From Octopus sinensis (taxonomy: Eukaryota): a DNA stretch of 64,000 nucleotides. Made by a program: the position numbers and the translations under genes. The notes below the pieces were generated by a model. The model was not told the DNA's origin and searched no databases. It worked only from the letters and a program-made list of their open reading frames with translations. Below are positions 39,590 through 53,469 of the stretch, piece by piece. The stretch lies in the NCBI RefSeq assembly GCF_006345805.1, contig NC_043010.1, forward strand, positions 59,768,001 through 59,832,000, read 5' to 3'. Numbering within the stretch: the stretch's first letter is position 1; every line of letters starts with the position of its first letter.

Positions 39590-39800
39590 TCTGGTTTGGC
39601 ACAAAGCTAGCAGTTGAGTGGGAGGTGGTGGAGGGTTGTCAATTAAATCAACTCCAGTACTTAACTGGTACTTTATTTTATCAAGCCTGGAGGGATGAAA
39701 GATAAAGTTGACCTTGGTTGGAGTTGAACTCAGAATGATGTAAAAATCTGAAGAAACTAGTGCAAGGCATTTTTTCAGACACCAGTCATTCTGTCCGTTT
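39590..39800 (-). mobile_element. tRNA-derived SINE
   Basis: ggcacaaag...ccagtacttaactggtac...ggatgaaagataaagttgacc...gaactcagaa; same family as 20673. Confidence 0.7.
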
Positions 39801-39849
39801 CACACCCTACAAATAATTATGATAATAACGGTTTCACATTTCACCACAA

Positions 39850-39882
<33 letters not shown>

Positions 39883-41744
39883 TCCGTTTTGCAATTTTAT
39901 TTTATTTTTCCTTTCTCAATACTTCCTTCTGAAATTTCAAAATTACTAAAAATTTCTATTTTATGTCTGTCAAATATTGTTGCTTCTGTTCTATCTCTCA
40001 TTGATATGTAACAGAAGTCGATAGCTTGGTTGGTTGTGAGGGAATATAAACACATGTAATGGAGAATATGTCTTCAGATAACTATTTGTAGCAAAAAGAC
40101 TGTATAAAAGGCTGCAGAGTAATTTGTAATAATGTTTAATTTGGAACTAATTTTCATGGAATTTGTAGATTTTTACTAGAAGAGGTGACAAAATGTCTTC
40201 CCTATATCATTCTATATTGCTTTAATCTGAACTTCACAAAACAAATATCTTTATATATTATCTAATGGCATCTGTGTAGTAGACCTTAACACATACACAA
40301 ACTCCCTTTTTCTCTCACTCTCTCTTTATTTCTCTCTCCTTCCCTCTTTCTCCCCCCTTCTCTTTCTCTCTCTCTCTCACACACATGCATGCACAAGCCA
40401 CACTATGATATATGATTATCAAACATTAATTGTAAATGATATTATCAGATTAAGAAATGGACTATGAAAATATATTTCAGAGAAGACAAGTAATTTTGTT
40501 TCTGTATATGCATTAGCATATATTGTGGATGCTGGATGTTGTGGTGGTTGTGTACACAAGCATATTTATTATACGTATGTAATTTTGAAGTGTATATGAA
40601 ACTAGAATGTTACCCGTCATTAGACTGGTAACTTTGGAAGTATACTTCTGCCATCATGGGTAATATCAGAAAATAAGGCATATGTACAATAATTTTATCA
40701 AATTTCTTGGTGTGCGCACAAAATGATGAAATGATGCTAATTTTCAAAAGAAAAATATTTGTTACTCTTATTTTCTCTTCCTTGATTTTGTTTTCTGTGC
40801 GTGCGTGCGTTTGTGATTATTTTACTCATTGCCTGCCACCAAGCCTAGTATGCACACTCATCCTACTCTTCTTATTTCTCTATTTTCTCTTGCCACCTCT
40901 GTATACATTGTAAAGCATCACTGCAGAAATTAACGAACCAACCAACCAACATTTATTTCAATTATTATTACACATAGCTGCCATCGTGATGTCTGTTTAA
41001 ATACTGTACTATAATATTGTTTGTACATCTTATAACCTTTGCACATATCTTAAGAGATATTTCTATCTATGTATGTTACAGTGTTATGATATTTGCACAT
41101 ATATTTTTTTTATATATGGTAGAATAGGTGATATATTTGATTATATATGACTAAAAATTCTATAATATTGAACATATTATTGATTATCTTGAAAAAAAGA
41201 TTGGGGGAATAGTTCTTAAAGCAAAGTACAAACTAAGGAAGAAGGTGATGCAAAGCTTGAGTGATTGTAATTGATATTGGATATTTGTAGCATGGTGGCA
41301 GAGCTGAAGAAGCAGAGAGACAGAAATTTTATTCATTAAGACAGTCGTTCCTAATGCCACTCCTGTCTTGATTTTTGTGCATGTATTCCCACCGAGGGAG
41401 AGGCATTATATGTATTATCAAGATATCTGGTTATGCTATATTATGTCATTATTTTATCTGTAGTATCACTTTGAGGTTTTGATTTAGAATCTGATTATTT
41501 GTGTTTACAGTGAAAATATTTGTCCATTTTAAACAGAAGCTTATTACGTTACATAGAAACTGGTCTGTTTGACCATGTTGCTCAATTTTCTGTGATCCCT
41601 TCATTGAGGATCCAGCTGGGGCTGATGGCTCTCTGTGGTTGACCTCCTGATACCTGGTCACAGCAGATGAGATCCCCATCACATGATGATGGGGATTCAC
41701 TGTGACTGCTTTATGGGTTGCATATTCCCTGGGAATATACTTAT

Positions 41745-41925
41745 TTCTTTATTGCCCACAAGGGGCTAAACATAGAGGGGACAAATAAGGACAGACAAAG
41801 GGATTAAGTCGATTAGATCAACCCCAGTGCGTAACTGGTACTTAATTTATCGACCCCGAAAGAATGAAAGGCAAAGTCGACCTCGGCGGAATTTGAACTC
41901 AGAACGTAACAGCAGACGAAATACA
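41745..41925 (-). mobile_element. Young-looking SINE fragment
   Basis: gtcgattagatcaaccccagtgcgtaactggtacttaatttatcgaccccgaaagaatgaaaggcaaagtcgacctcggcggaatttgaactcagaacg, with CpGs retained. Confidence 0.8.
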
Positions 41926-43349
41926 CTGACAGATGTTATATGGTGAATGCAGCGACACATTGCAAAGGTGCACGTGCCCACACCTGAACTGGCCTAAAGA
42001 GAGTACCTCATCAAGCTGACAATATAATTAGTTTGATTTTTCAAATCATGTATCCATAATCTTATAACAACACAATCTCTGTTACCCACATTCTTGAGGC
42101 AAAGAAGAAAAATCTAAAAATTACTGTACGTACTTACAAGAGACAGAAAGTATATTGTTGTCACTAGTAACAATGAAAACATCTTTCATAGAAATATTTA
42201 GACAATTTTGATTTCTTTGAATGAGGAAATATTTTAGGAACCAGAGTCGAAAATAGGATTTTTTTACAAATTAGCCAATGTATATGATAACAGCAATTTA
42301 AGTGACGAAACAACTCGTCTGAGTAACAGAGATTTTGCCGTTATAAGATTATGGATCCATGATTTGAGAGATCAAATTAATTATTGTCAGCTTGATGATT
42401 TTCTCTCTGTTGTATGTAATGTGATGTGTGGTGACACAAGGCAATAGGCCCATGCTGTTAGTTCTCAGGGTGACTTCTTGCCTAAACTCCATCTTCAACT
42501 GCAACTTAAAATGCAAGGATTGTTATAGCCATTTAAATGGGGCTGCTTATCTATTGGCAGTGTCTCAGTCGTGTATAATAGAGTGAAAGGAGAGACAAGC
42601 AAACAACTGGTATTGGGTCAGTTTATGACATATACATTTATACAATACATATGGGGAAACAAATGTTTTAAGGGGTTCAAATTACAAGAGATCAATAATT
42701 ATTCTGGGAGTGTGCTATTAACATTTCTGAATTGAACTTTTATCAATCTCTTGTGATTTAAACTCCTTAAAAAATTTGTTTCTCCTTACATTTTGTATAA
42801 ATATACATACACACACACACACATCAATATCTCATGACCTGACCTGAAACCTGTTGTTTGCCTGTCTATCCTTTTATTTTATTATACACAGGTATGTGTG
42901 TGTATGTGTCCTTGGGAGCAAGGACCTACCTCTTAGTCTCTGCTATTCCAAGGTCTACTCTTCACCCAAAGTGGTAGCCCCTGCTAGGGTTCCAGCTATG
43001 TGTTAACTAGCATGTGTACTAAGGGGAGTGGAGGACTCCCAGTTCTTGTTCCTTCTACAAGAAGGTAAAGTCATATAAAAAAAAAATTTTTTTTAATTGG
43101 AGTGCTCAGAGCGAGCCCCTCTGGCTTGCATATGAAAAGCATGGAATGATGGTTTCTGGTCGTCTTGACCTCCTGTGTTGTGTCTTTGGTTTTATAACTG
43201 ATAGCACAGAAAAGTAGGTCCAGTGCTGCGCAACACATTACTCTCAGAACGATTGAATGGATTTAGTGAGTTTAGGAAGGGGCCTTACTTGGTCACGAGT
43301 TGACTTCCACCACGTATGTATATGTGCATGTGGGCATGTGTGTGTGTAG

Positions 43350-43595
43350 TGCCTTGTTGGGACATTGTATGAGAGTTGTAGAACAAAGGTCTTCATGCTA
43401 CATGTGGTTTTTACATGTTTCCAGTCTGTGAGAAACGTCTGATCATGGGGGAATATTACCTTGCTCGGAAACAAGTGTGGGTTGACAACATGAAGGACGG
43501 CTGGACATAGAAAATCTGCTTCTATGAGTTTCGTCTGACCTCTGCAAACACGGCCAAGTGGACATAGCAATGATGATGATGATGATGATGATTGT
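43350..43595 (+). mobile_element. SINE 3' part with (GAT)n tail
   Basis: gggaatattaccttgctcggaaac...tagaaaatctg...gtggacatagcaatgatgatgatg; similar to 28760-28905. Confidence 0.6.
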
Positions 43596-44328
43596 GAGTT
43601 TTCCAACAGTGAATCATTTTAGTCTTGTATGTCGGAGTTCGATTTTTGCTTCCATAATCTCTCCATTGTCGGAAAGGGAGGATACAAGGGATGTTTTTAT
43701 AAATAAGATAGAATATATTGTAAATGGTCAAATATAAACAAAAAGCAAAATAAAGGAGGCCATTACAAAAATCTAATTACTGATTCTTGGTGTAACGAAG
43801 TTATGTAGAAATGAACAGTATAGAAGGGAAGTAACTCTGCTTAGGCACCATCGCCTCGGGTTCGTTTATTTGGTACCTCGTGGTATTTTAATCCTTTGGT
43901 CTCTATCGTCCCTACTGGCCAATGATGATGACAACTGTTTCGTAGTGCTCCCTTCCTTTAAATTGTAAAGCTCTTTCATGTTTATTGTTATTTCAATATC
44001 TATTAGGTCTGATTTTGCTTTGGTTTCTTATCTTTGACTTTGCCTCGCTTGGTTATTGATTCAAGTTTGTAGGGATCAACATCACCATCATCATTATCAT
44101 CATCATCATCATCATCATTTAACGCCCCTTTGCTAGCATGGGTTGGACGGTTTGACAGGAGCTGGCAATCCTATTTCGTAAGATTTTCTGTCTCGTTAGC
44201 TCCTTGCATCACTTGTTTGAATTATAGAACTGTCTTCTCGTTAACTTATGAATCCAAAACGTGATTACTTGAAACAGTTAATTGATGAGTTGCTTTTTCG
44301 CATTTTATTTTCTTATTTTTACAGTGAT

Positions 44329-46999
44329 ATGTTAAAGATGTGGAGAATTCTGTGTCTGATGTCTTTACTAATCCAGTGCTATCACTGTCTGAACCTCACT
44401 TACCGGGTGAAAGAAGAAAACAGTCCCATTACATATATAGGTTCTATTGCATCCAGTAAACAATTTTTGAAGACCTTTTCATCAGAAGAACTGAAAGTAA
44501 TTACATTTAATCAACTCCAACAAAAGGAGGCAGAATTATTTAATGTCACAACAACAGGGAAACTCTACACTCTTCAAACAATAGATGCTGAATCACTGTG
44601 TAGATATAATAAGGAGTGTTCGAGAATTATTAAAGTAGCTGTTCACAAACAGAAAACTTTTGTAAGAATTTTAAAAGTCAAAATAATCATAGAAGACATC
44701 AATGACCACCAACCTGAGTTTCCAGACAAGGAAATAACTTTACATTTTGAAGAAGGAGATGGCAAAGGAATGAAAAAGTCCATTGCAAATGCCATTGACA
44801 AAGATGTTGGTTTTAAAAACAGATTAATTCATTACAAATTATCGCAATCTAATCACTCGTTTTCTCTGGAAGTATTCGAACATGCTGATGGTGTATCATA
44901 CCTTCAGATTGTTCTAGAAGAAAAGTTAGACAGAGAGGTAAAAGAATTATACAATGTAGAAGTTATTGCAGAAGATGGAGGAACTCCAGCCAAGCAGAGT
45001 GTGTTAAATGTTAAGATTGTAGTTGACGATGAAAATGATAATCGACCTGTTTTTTCAAAGAGAATATATAATGTGTCAGTAGCAAAAACACATAAAACCA
45101 ACATACCGGTCGTCATAGTGTCAGCACAGGATTCTGACAGTGGGGACAATAGGAAAATATCGTATCATTTTAGTCCAATGGAGTTGAACCGCGTAGACGC
45201 AGGGCCAGGGGGTAAGATGAAGACGAGTTTAGAAGTACAGTGTTGAAGAAGAGAAGAAGAGCAGAGATGGAGGAACTCAGCAAGCAGAGTGTGTTAAATG
45301 TTAAGATTGTAGTTGACGATGAAAATGATAATCGACCTGTTTTTTCAAAGAGAATATATAATGTGTCAGTAGCAAAAACACATAAAACCAACATACCGGT
45401 CGTCATAGTGTCAGCACAGGATTCTGACAGTGGGGACAATAGGAAAATATCGTATCATTTTAGTCCAATGACATCAGAAATGGATAGTAGACATTTCCAG
45501 TTGAAACCAGACACTGGGGAGATATTTCTAACAGAAACCTCAAGTCTACAAGAAAAAGTTATTTATGAGTTATTTATAGAGGCTAGAGATGGAGGGAAAC
45601 CTCCTCTCAGCTCCATAGCAACTGTTATGGTAAATGTCATCAACCAACACAACAATCCTCCAAATATTGATGTGAATTTTATTTCTGCACAGAATCACAA
45701 CACAGCTACCATTCTGGAAGACATCAAAGTTGGTAGTTTCATTGCTTATGTGATGGTCACTGACAATGATGTTGGACACAATGGCCAGGTGAACTGTCAT
45801 ATCAAAGACGACACATTCAAACTACAGTCAATGGGATCGAAGGAATATAAAAATAGTTCTAAAGAAAGCAGTAGTAGACAGAGAGACACAGGAACATATC
45901 ACTTTACTGTGTCGTGTGAAGATAAAGGTTACCTGCTCTGAAAACTGATAAAGATCTGTCAATCCAAGTGTTGGATGTGATGATGTAGAACCACACTTTA
46001 CGAAAGACACATTCAAGTTCCTTACCTATGAGAATGACAAAGCTAATTTCCCTATTGGCTTTATCAATGCCCACAGACCCAGATATTGGTAAGGGAGGTG
46101 AATTGTCTTATCTCTCTGAGAAATAAACAGCAATATCGTCTGCCATTCCAGATTATCAACTCTGGCTTTATTTCAACGAACGAACCAGTCTTTAGACAGA
46201 GAACACACAGAGATTTCTATGAGTTTGAGGTTTTGTGAAAGACAATGGAAGCCCATCTCTGAATAACACAGTGAATGTTGAAGTGGAAGTATTGGATAGA
46301 AATGATAATGCTCCATATTTTACATTTCCTAGTGTTGACCCTTTCACTCTATATGTCCACTATCATCCGCAAAGTAAGAACGACATCACAGTTCTGAAAG
46401 CATCTGATATAGACAGTCACATGAATGCTTTTCTCAGGTATGATGAATCGTTCAGGTAACGAGAGACAGTTATTCAAACTGGACTCGTTCAACTGTGTGT
46501 TATCTTACTCTCGTACAGTTACCAAAATGATGCTGGATCATATGAGCTTGAGTTTGTTGTGAAAGACAGTGGTACTCCAGTTCTGTCAGCAAAACAACTA
46601 GTGTGTCTTTGACACTGACTGTTAGTAACAAGACGTCACCAATGTTCACAGCTGTGCACCTACCAAGTGATAACACAATAGATGCGACATTGTTGATTAT
46701 CATTGTAGTAGCAGCTGTGATAGTATCTATAGCTATTGTGGTTTCTATAACCCGTGTGTATTGTGAGATGTAAAAATGAGTAGAAATAGCTCATCTGAAA
46801 GAACAGCAGAAGAGAAACAGGCATACCAATGTCGCAAGTGAGATGAGACAGTTGATCTATCAAGGTAACAACAGTGGTACTGTGATGTCAGGTTAATCGA
46901 GGAGAGATGTCAGACAGATATGGTCATTCAAGGAGCCATTACTATCCTGAAGACTGGAAGACGTCGACAATGAACAGAACACTCCAGAAGTCAACAAGG
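44329..46999 (+). pseudogene. PCDH: Protocadherin U5 large exon, apparently disrupted; pseudogene or (more likely) uncorrected assembly errors
   Basis: Intact signal peptide and EC1-EC2 from ATG 44329; ~210-bp duplication (44968-45180 and 45261-45470) with an 80-nt spacer; many 1-4 nt indels from ~45850 to ~46995; donor GTAAGT at 47000. Confidence 0.6.
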
Positions 47000-47830
47000 G
47001 TAAGTATTATTTTAGGTAAATATGTTGCAAACTTATTTTTATGTTTGAGTAATTTAGATTGTGGAATTATTGCTGTATGTTAAGTAAATCTGATACACTA
47101 AGACATGCATTAGAAGTGAATAGCAGACCGCGATAGATGGTCTCACTTTGCAAAACATCAAAAACAATGCTTTGTATCTTTACATTTCTGTTTCACATGC
47201 TATTTTCAAATATCTGTGGAGCCTGCTTTGAGGTTTTTTATCCCGTCATGGCTTTTAAAGTATACACCAAATAGTTCCAGGTGTCAGTGTAATTACATAG
47301 ACACTGCTCATTATGTAGTGGCCCTGCTACTCTTTGAGATCCCTGCAGAATTGAACACGATAAAATGGCTAGCATGATTTTAATAATCTTTTTGGAACAT
47401 CCAGAGAGATGCATTTTCAACATTATTACAATATTCTTTCCAAATGTTTACATTGTAAACATTTGAAGAGTTCTCATAAATATGAAGTTTGGAATTACAT
47501 CAAGGTTTACATAAAATATCTTTAACTCATATTCTGGGTTAATCATGTATTAGTCGTTAATGCAACTACCATATTCTATTATTAATCATTTGAGGTAATA
47601 TTTTCAAAATTAAACATATCACCATATATTTCTCCAGAACGAAACTACGATAATTTATTCAATATCAGATAAATACAGTATAATGAGTGATCATAACAAT
47701 GATTATTATGATTGTCATATGCTGCTGCTTTCTATAAATTCAGTGAAAGTAGGATGAGTTATTCATTAGCATTGTCAATCGTGAATGATATGTTTACATT
47801 AACCCTTGTTACTATTATACTTTACAGCAG

Positions 47831-47981
47831 AAATACAGTCAACCGATTGAGGTGACATCTTATGGAGACAACAGACCATCTTCTAACTATCCCACTGACA
47901 CATTGACCAGTCGTAAGAGCAGTGGACAGTGCTGGAGTGAGCGGTCAAGCAGACAGTATGAAGAAATACCAGCAATGTCAG
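47831..47981 (+). CDS. PCDH: U5 exon 3 (alternative start 47828)
   Basis: tacagCAG acceptor; intact tail peptide; GTAGGA donor. Confidence 0.85.
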
Positions 47982-48151
47982 GTAGGACAACAATTGATTC
48001 TCATTTAATATTACAGTAATTCATTACTAATTATTGTACTAATTATTGTTGTATACTCTGAGATGTAATTAGTTCTGTCTGTGTGTCCCTAGAGTATATC
48101 TGATGATGGTGATTGTTTCAGACATTGCTACATTAAAACAATGTTTTGCAG

Positions 48152-48270
48152 GGATCTATGGTAGCCAACAGGATACACCAGTGAACCCCGAAAGACAACA
48201 GTATCAAGACAGATATGTGAAACCTCCAGAGAGACAGTTACCTTCAACACCAGATGTCATTACTAACTGA
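48152..48270 (+). CDS. PCDH: U5 terminal exon 4
   Basis: ttttgcag acceptor; (G)IYGSQQDTPVNPERQQYQDRYVKPPERQLPSTPDVITN*. Confidence 0.85.
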
Positions 48271-48856
48271 CCACTGGTCATTTAACTAAATATTGACCCT
48301 TTACAATAATATTTCAAATAACCACCAACCCCCTTCACTCACACAAACTAATATAAATATAATAACTTCTCTCATTACCTCACAATTATAATATTATATT
48401 CCAACCTATGATAGAATATATGGACACTAACAGTGAAGTCAGCAACATTTCAAACCACCACACACACACACACACACACTTAATGTTTTAATATCGCTCC
48501 TCTTTTCTCTAATATTCTCAGTTAGGTGATTTTTATATTTCCCAAATATCTCTGGAATTAAATTAGAATACGTTTAAAATATATTTCTTTATTTTTACAA
48601 CAGTGTTATTAAAATCTAAGTCTTAGGAAATTATATTTAAAAATGGTACAAAAAAACCTGCTTGAAATTAGAATATCCTTCTCTATTTGTTCCTGCATCC
48701 TCCATTATAGGTTGGGTGTATATTTAGGTCAGACACATCTTAACCAGAACTGTTCTATATTAACATCATTTGTTAGTAATATATTTACCAATATCAGTGA
48801 TGTTTGTTAATATGAGATCCGTATGAAACACTGAATATATATATATATATCTATGC

Positions 48857-48888
<32 letters not shown>

Positions 48889-48890
<2 letters not shown>

Positions 48891-49035
48891 ATCAGACATG
48901 TTGGTGTTATATGGACTTCTTATGGCTGACTGTTAGTGGAGCTGATATTGTTTGTTCTCTTTCTTTCTTTCCCTCTTCTCTTTGAGGGAAACACAGCATC
49001 TTGTGTGTGTGAGGCTGGAGCAAGCATCACCCATC
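48889..49035 (+). promoter_or_regulatory. Conserved upstream blocks A+B of U6, preceded by (TA)n(CT)n
   Basis: Homologous to the other units. Confidence 0.65.
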
Positions 49036-49093
49036 CCTCCTCTCTCTCTCTCTCTTACACGCATATGCACACACACACACACTAAACATCACA

Positions 49094-49272
49094 ATCCACA
49101 AAGGAAGACTGAGAGGGACTGCTGGTTCCCACTGACTCACCACACAACACTATTCCATCAACATGAAGCCATTGTCACACCATAGCAGCAGTGACACACA
49201 GACAACCATTAACAACAGAACATTGGGACCAAGTCACAGTTTATACAACAAAGGATTTTACATACAATGAAG
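49094..49272 (+). other. Leader exon 1 of U6 (with a few small indels)
   Basis: Conserved block; donor GTAAGT at 49273. Confidence 0.7.
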
Positions 49273-50723
49273 GTAAGTCTATGAATGTTATTTGGTATTA
49301 TTAAGATATTTGACTGATGATTGTTAGAGAAACTTTCTTCAGCCATCTTTTACTATAGAATATAATAAATAGAAATTATGTCAGTAGACATTTAAATATG
49401 GTCTTTGCCAGTTACACGGTTTCTGTTGAGATTTATATGTTCATGATTCATATTTTGCTGTTAGGAAGTGTGAAATAATATTTAATTATGGTTATTTTCC
49501 AAGTGAAAATATTTAAATCCAGTCAGTGTTGTGTCTTATTTGCAGACATCTTCCTATTATTATCAGTATTGATAATGTATAATATATAACCAGAAGATGT
49601 TCTTTATTGTGTGTATTAAAAAAAAGAATCTGAGTGTTTCTTGTGAAGGATGTTTTGAGAGAGTCAAGTATCATTATTGTGTTTATATGTAAGAATGGGT
49701 TATATTAATATAAAATATTAAAGTGAAACTGGGAGAAGAGTTGACAAGATGGTGGTTTAGTGTCAACATAAATAATCAATATTGTGTTGTGGTATTATTT
49801 AAGTCTTTCTAAATTTAATATTGTATCAGATTTTATTGGTTTTCATGTATTTGCTGCCTTTAAGGTGAACTAGTATCATATTGGTTGTTTATAAATAATA
49901 TCTTATTTTTTTTAATATTTATTCATAGTACTATACTTCTGCTGAAATATCAATTCGTGTTTCTGCAGTAAATTAACTTATTTCAATGTACAGAAATTTC
50001 CTAGAATAATTTAACAGTCAACATTATCAAGAGAAGATAATGTTATTTAATTTTGGTGTAAGAAATTATCTTTAAAGTATTTTATATAAGTATACTATTG
50101 GAACAGTACTAAGTGACGTTAGAGGTAAGTGTGGTATGGCTGAATTCAGTCATTTTAAAGCATTTGATGTGAAACTACATCGAAAAGACATGGCATATCT
50201 GGACCATCACACCACCCCATCATCACTTAATGTCTCTCTTCAATAGTTAAATTTTGACAATTGCCAAGGCAACATCTATAGTTGTTACTTATTGTGCTCC
50301 AGCATGGACACAACCATTAACACAATGAAACTGTTGCAGTAATGACAGTGTAATGAAATCATATCAGTGATATGAATCCAGATGTGATTCTGCTTCATAG
50401 ATTCAGCCAGCTGTGCACCTCCTCCTCCCAAATCAAGCCATAATATTAACTAATATTCTTATTTGTTTCTCTACTAAACTCTGACTCATCCTGCCGTTCT
50501 CCTGCATCAGGCCAACTCATCTTGATGCTCTGCTAAGTTATGGGTGCAACCATTTCCCCTCCACCGATATACTATTCCACACTACAGAACATTCTAAGTT
50601 TCTTTTAATGTTTTACATATTATATTTCTATGTTTTACCAACGATAATTTATTGTTTCTTCACATATGAAAGACACTTTTCTCTCATAATTTCAGGTTAA
50701 TTGACTGGTATTTAACTCAACAA

Positions 50724-53073
50724 ATGAAGATGGTCTTAATAGCGATATGGATATTACAGTCTCTGCTCCACTGTTCTGTTTCTAAAGACATTGTTTACCA
50801 TGTGAAAGAAGAGAACAGTCCTGTTATCAACATAGGAGACATTACTGCTGATTCCCAGTTAAAGGACACTGCATTATTATCGTTCAGTCAGTTGCAACAG
50901 AAGGGAACACAGCTGTTTAATGTGACCACCACTGGGAAGATATACACCACACAAACACTGGATGCTGAGTCTCTGTGTACTTTTGAGAAAGAATGCTTTC
51001 ACACAATTAAGGTAGCCGTTCATAAAGCAGGTAAATTTATAAAGATATTGAAAATTAAGGTGATTATAGAAGACATCAATGACCATCAACCAGAGTTTCC
51101 TGTGGAAGATATAATTCTGCAATATTCTGAAACTGAAAGTAAAGGCACAAAACGGTCAATTCCCAATGCCATTGACAAAGATGTTGGATTGACAGAACAG
51201 ATTAGTGAATTATGAATTGAAGGGAAGTAACCAACAGTTTTCTTTGTCCACATTCAAAAGAGCAGACGGAGTATCTTTTCTTGAAATTATATTACAAGGA
51301 AAGTTGGATAGGGAGACGAAAGACAGCTATAATATAGAAGTGATTGCTAAGGATGGAGGAACTCCACCCAAACAGGGTGTCTTAAATGTGCACATAACTG
51401 TGAAAGATGAAAATGATAACAGACCAATTTTCTCTGAGAAAACATACAATGTCTCTATACAAAATAACCATGAAAAGAATAGACCAGTTGTTGTAATGAT
51501 GGCAGAAGACTCTGATATTGGAGAAAATGGTAAAGTTTCATATTATATCAGCCCAACAACGTCAACAGATTCAAAAGATAATTTTATTATAAATGAGAAA
51601 ACTGGAGAAATATTCTTAGCCAAAGAATCACAATTTGACAAAATGAAATCATTTAAATTATACATTGAAGCCAGAGATGGGGGCAACCCTCCTCTCAGTT
51701 CCATAGCCACGGTTATGGTAAATGTTATCAACCAGCAGAACAATCACCCAAATATTGATGTGAACTTTATTTCTACACAGAATCACAACACAGCCACCAT
51801 TCTGGAAGACATCAAAGTTGGTAGTTTCATTGCTTATGTGATGGTCACTGACAATGATGTTGGACACAATGGACAGGTGAACTGTCATATCAAAGACAAC
51901 ACATTCAAACTACAGTCAATGGGATCGAAGGAATATAAAATAGTTCTAAAGAAAGCAGTAGACAGAGAGACACAGGAACATTATCACTTTACTGTGTCGT
52001 GTGAAGATAAAGGATTACCTGCTCTGAAAACTGATAAAGATCTGTCAATTCAAGTGTTAGATGTGAATGATGTAGAACCACACTTTACGAAAGACACATT
52101 CAAGTTCCTTACCTATGAGAATGACAAAGCTAATTTCCCTATTGGCTTTATCAATGCTACAGACCCAGATATTGGTAAGGGAGGTGAATTGTCTTATTCT
52201 CTGAGAAATAAACAGCAATATCGTCTGCCATTCCAGATTATCAACTCTGGCTTTATTTCAACAAACCAGTCTTTAGACAGAGAACACAGAGATTTCTATG
52301 AGTTTGAGGTTTTTGTGAAAGACAATGGAAGCCCATCTCTGAATAACACAGTGAATGTTGAAGTGGAAGTATTGGATAGAAATGATAATGCTCCATATTT
52401 TACATTTCCTAGTGTTGACCATTTCACTCTTAATGTCCACTATCATCCGCAAAGTAAGAACGACATCACAGTTCTGAAAGCATCTGATATAGACAGTCAC
52501 ATGAATGCTTTTCTCAGGTACGAAATCGTTTCAGGTAACGAGAGACAGTTATTTAAACTGGACTCTTTCACTGGTGTGTTATCTTACTCTCGCACAGTTT
52601 ACCAAAATGATGCCGGATCATATGAGCTTGAGTTTGTTGTGAAAGACAGTGGTACTCCAGTTCTGTCAGCAACAACTAGTGTGTCTTTGACACTGACTGT
52701 TAGTAACAAGACGTCACCAATGTTCACAGCTGTGCACCTACCAAGTGATAACACAATAGATGCGACATTGTTGATTATCATTGTAGTAGCAGCTGTGATA
52801 GTATCTATAGCTATTGTGGTTTCTATAACCCTGTGTATTGTGAGATGTAACAATGTGAGAAATAGCTCATCTGAAAGAACAGCAGAAGAGAAACAGGCAT
52901 ACCAATGTCGCAATGAGATGAGACAGTTGATCTATCAAGGTAACAACAGTGTACCTGTGATGTCAGGTAATCGAGGAGAGATGACAGACAGATATGGTCA
53001 TTCGAGGAGCCATTACTATCCAGATGACTGGAAGATGTCTACAATGAACAGAACACTTCAGAAATCTACACGG
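50724..53073 (+). CDS. PCDH: Protocadherin U6 large exon with one apparent +1 frameshift at ~51191
   Basis: Acceptor tttcag at 50695; MKMVLIAIWILQSLLHCSVS; ORFs 50724-51215 and 51205-53154 join if the extra G in ggattGacagaac (U7: ggattacagaac) is removed; phase-0 donor CGG/GTAAGT. Confidence 0.85.
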
Positions 53074-53469
53074 GTAAGTATTATTTTCAGTATATTTGTT
53101 TTAATATTTTCTTCATGTTGTAATAATTTGACTGCTATAAATATTACTTGGTGACATATATCTGATAAATTTTCCTCTCAGAATTGTGTATCGTGTGTTT
53201 CGTATGTGATTTACTTGAAGACACTTTGTATAACCCAACACCATAGGCAGTAAATTGGTCAGAATGTGGCCATAGATATATAGCTTGGCAGTAGATTGTT
53301 GCAGTGGGGAATATGTATCTCTTAAATGACTTGTGTCAATTACTTTCACCTGTTTACATTAAAGCATGACTTTCTTTATCCGTTAGTGGATGACATAAGC
53401 ATCCTAGTATTGCCAGAATCAGTAGACGAAATACCTTGTTGTATTTATTCTGACTTCTTACCTTTTTAT

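Noticed and set aside
40595-42720. Possible Helitron or LTR fragments in U5 intron 1
   Set aside because: No termini, TSDs or protein motifs I could support by eye
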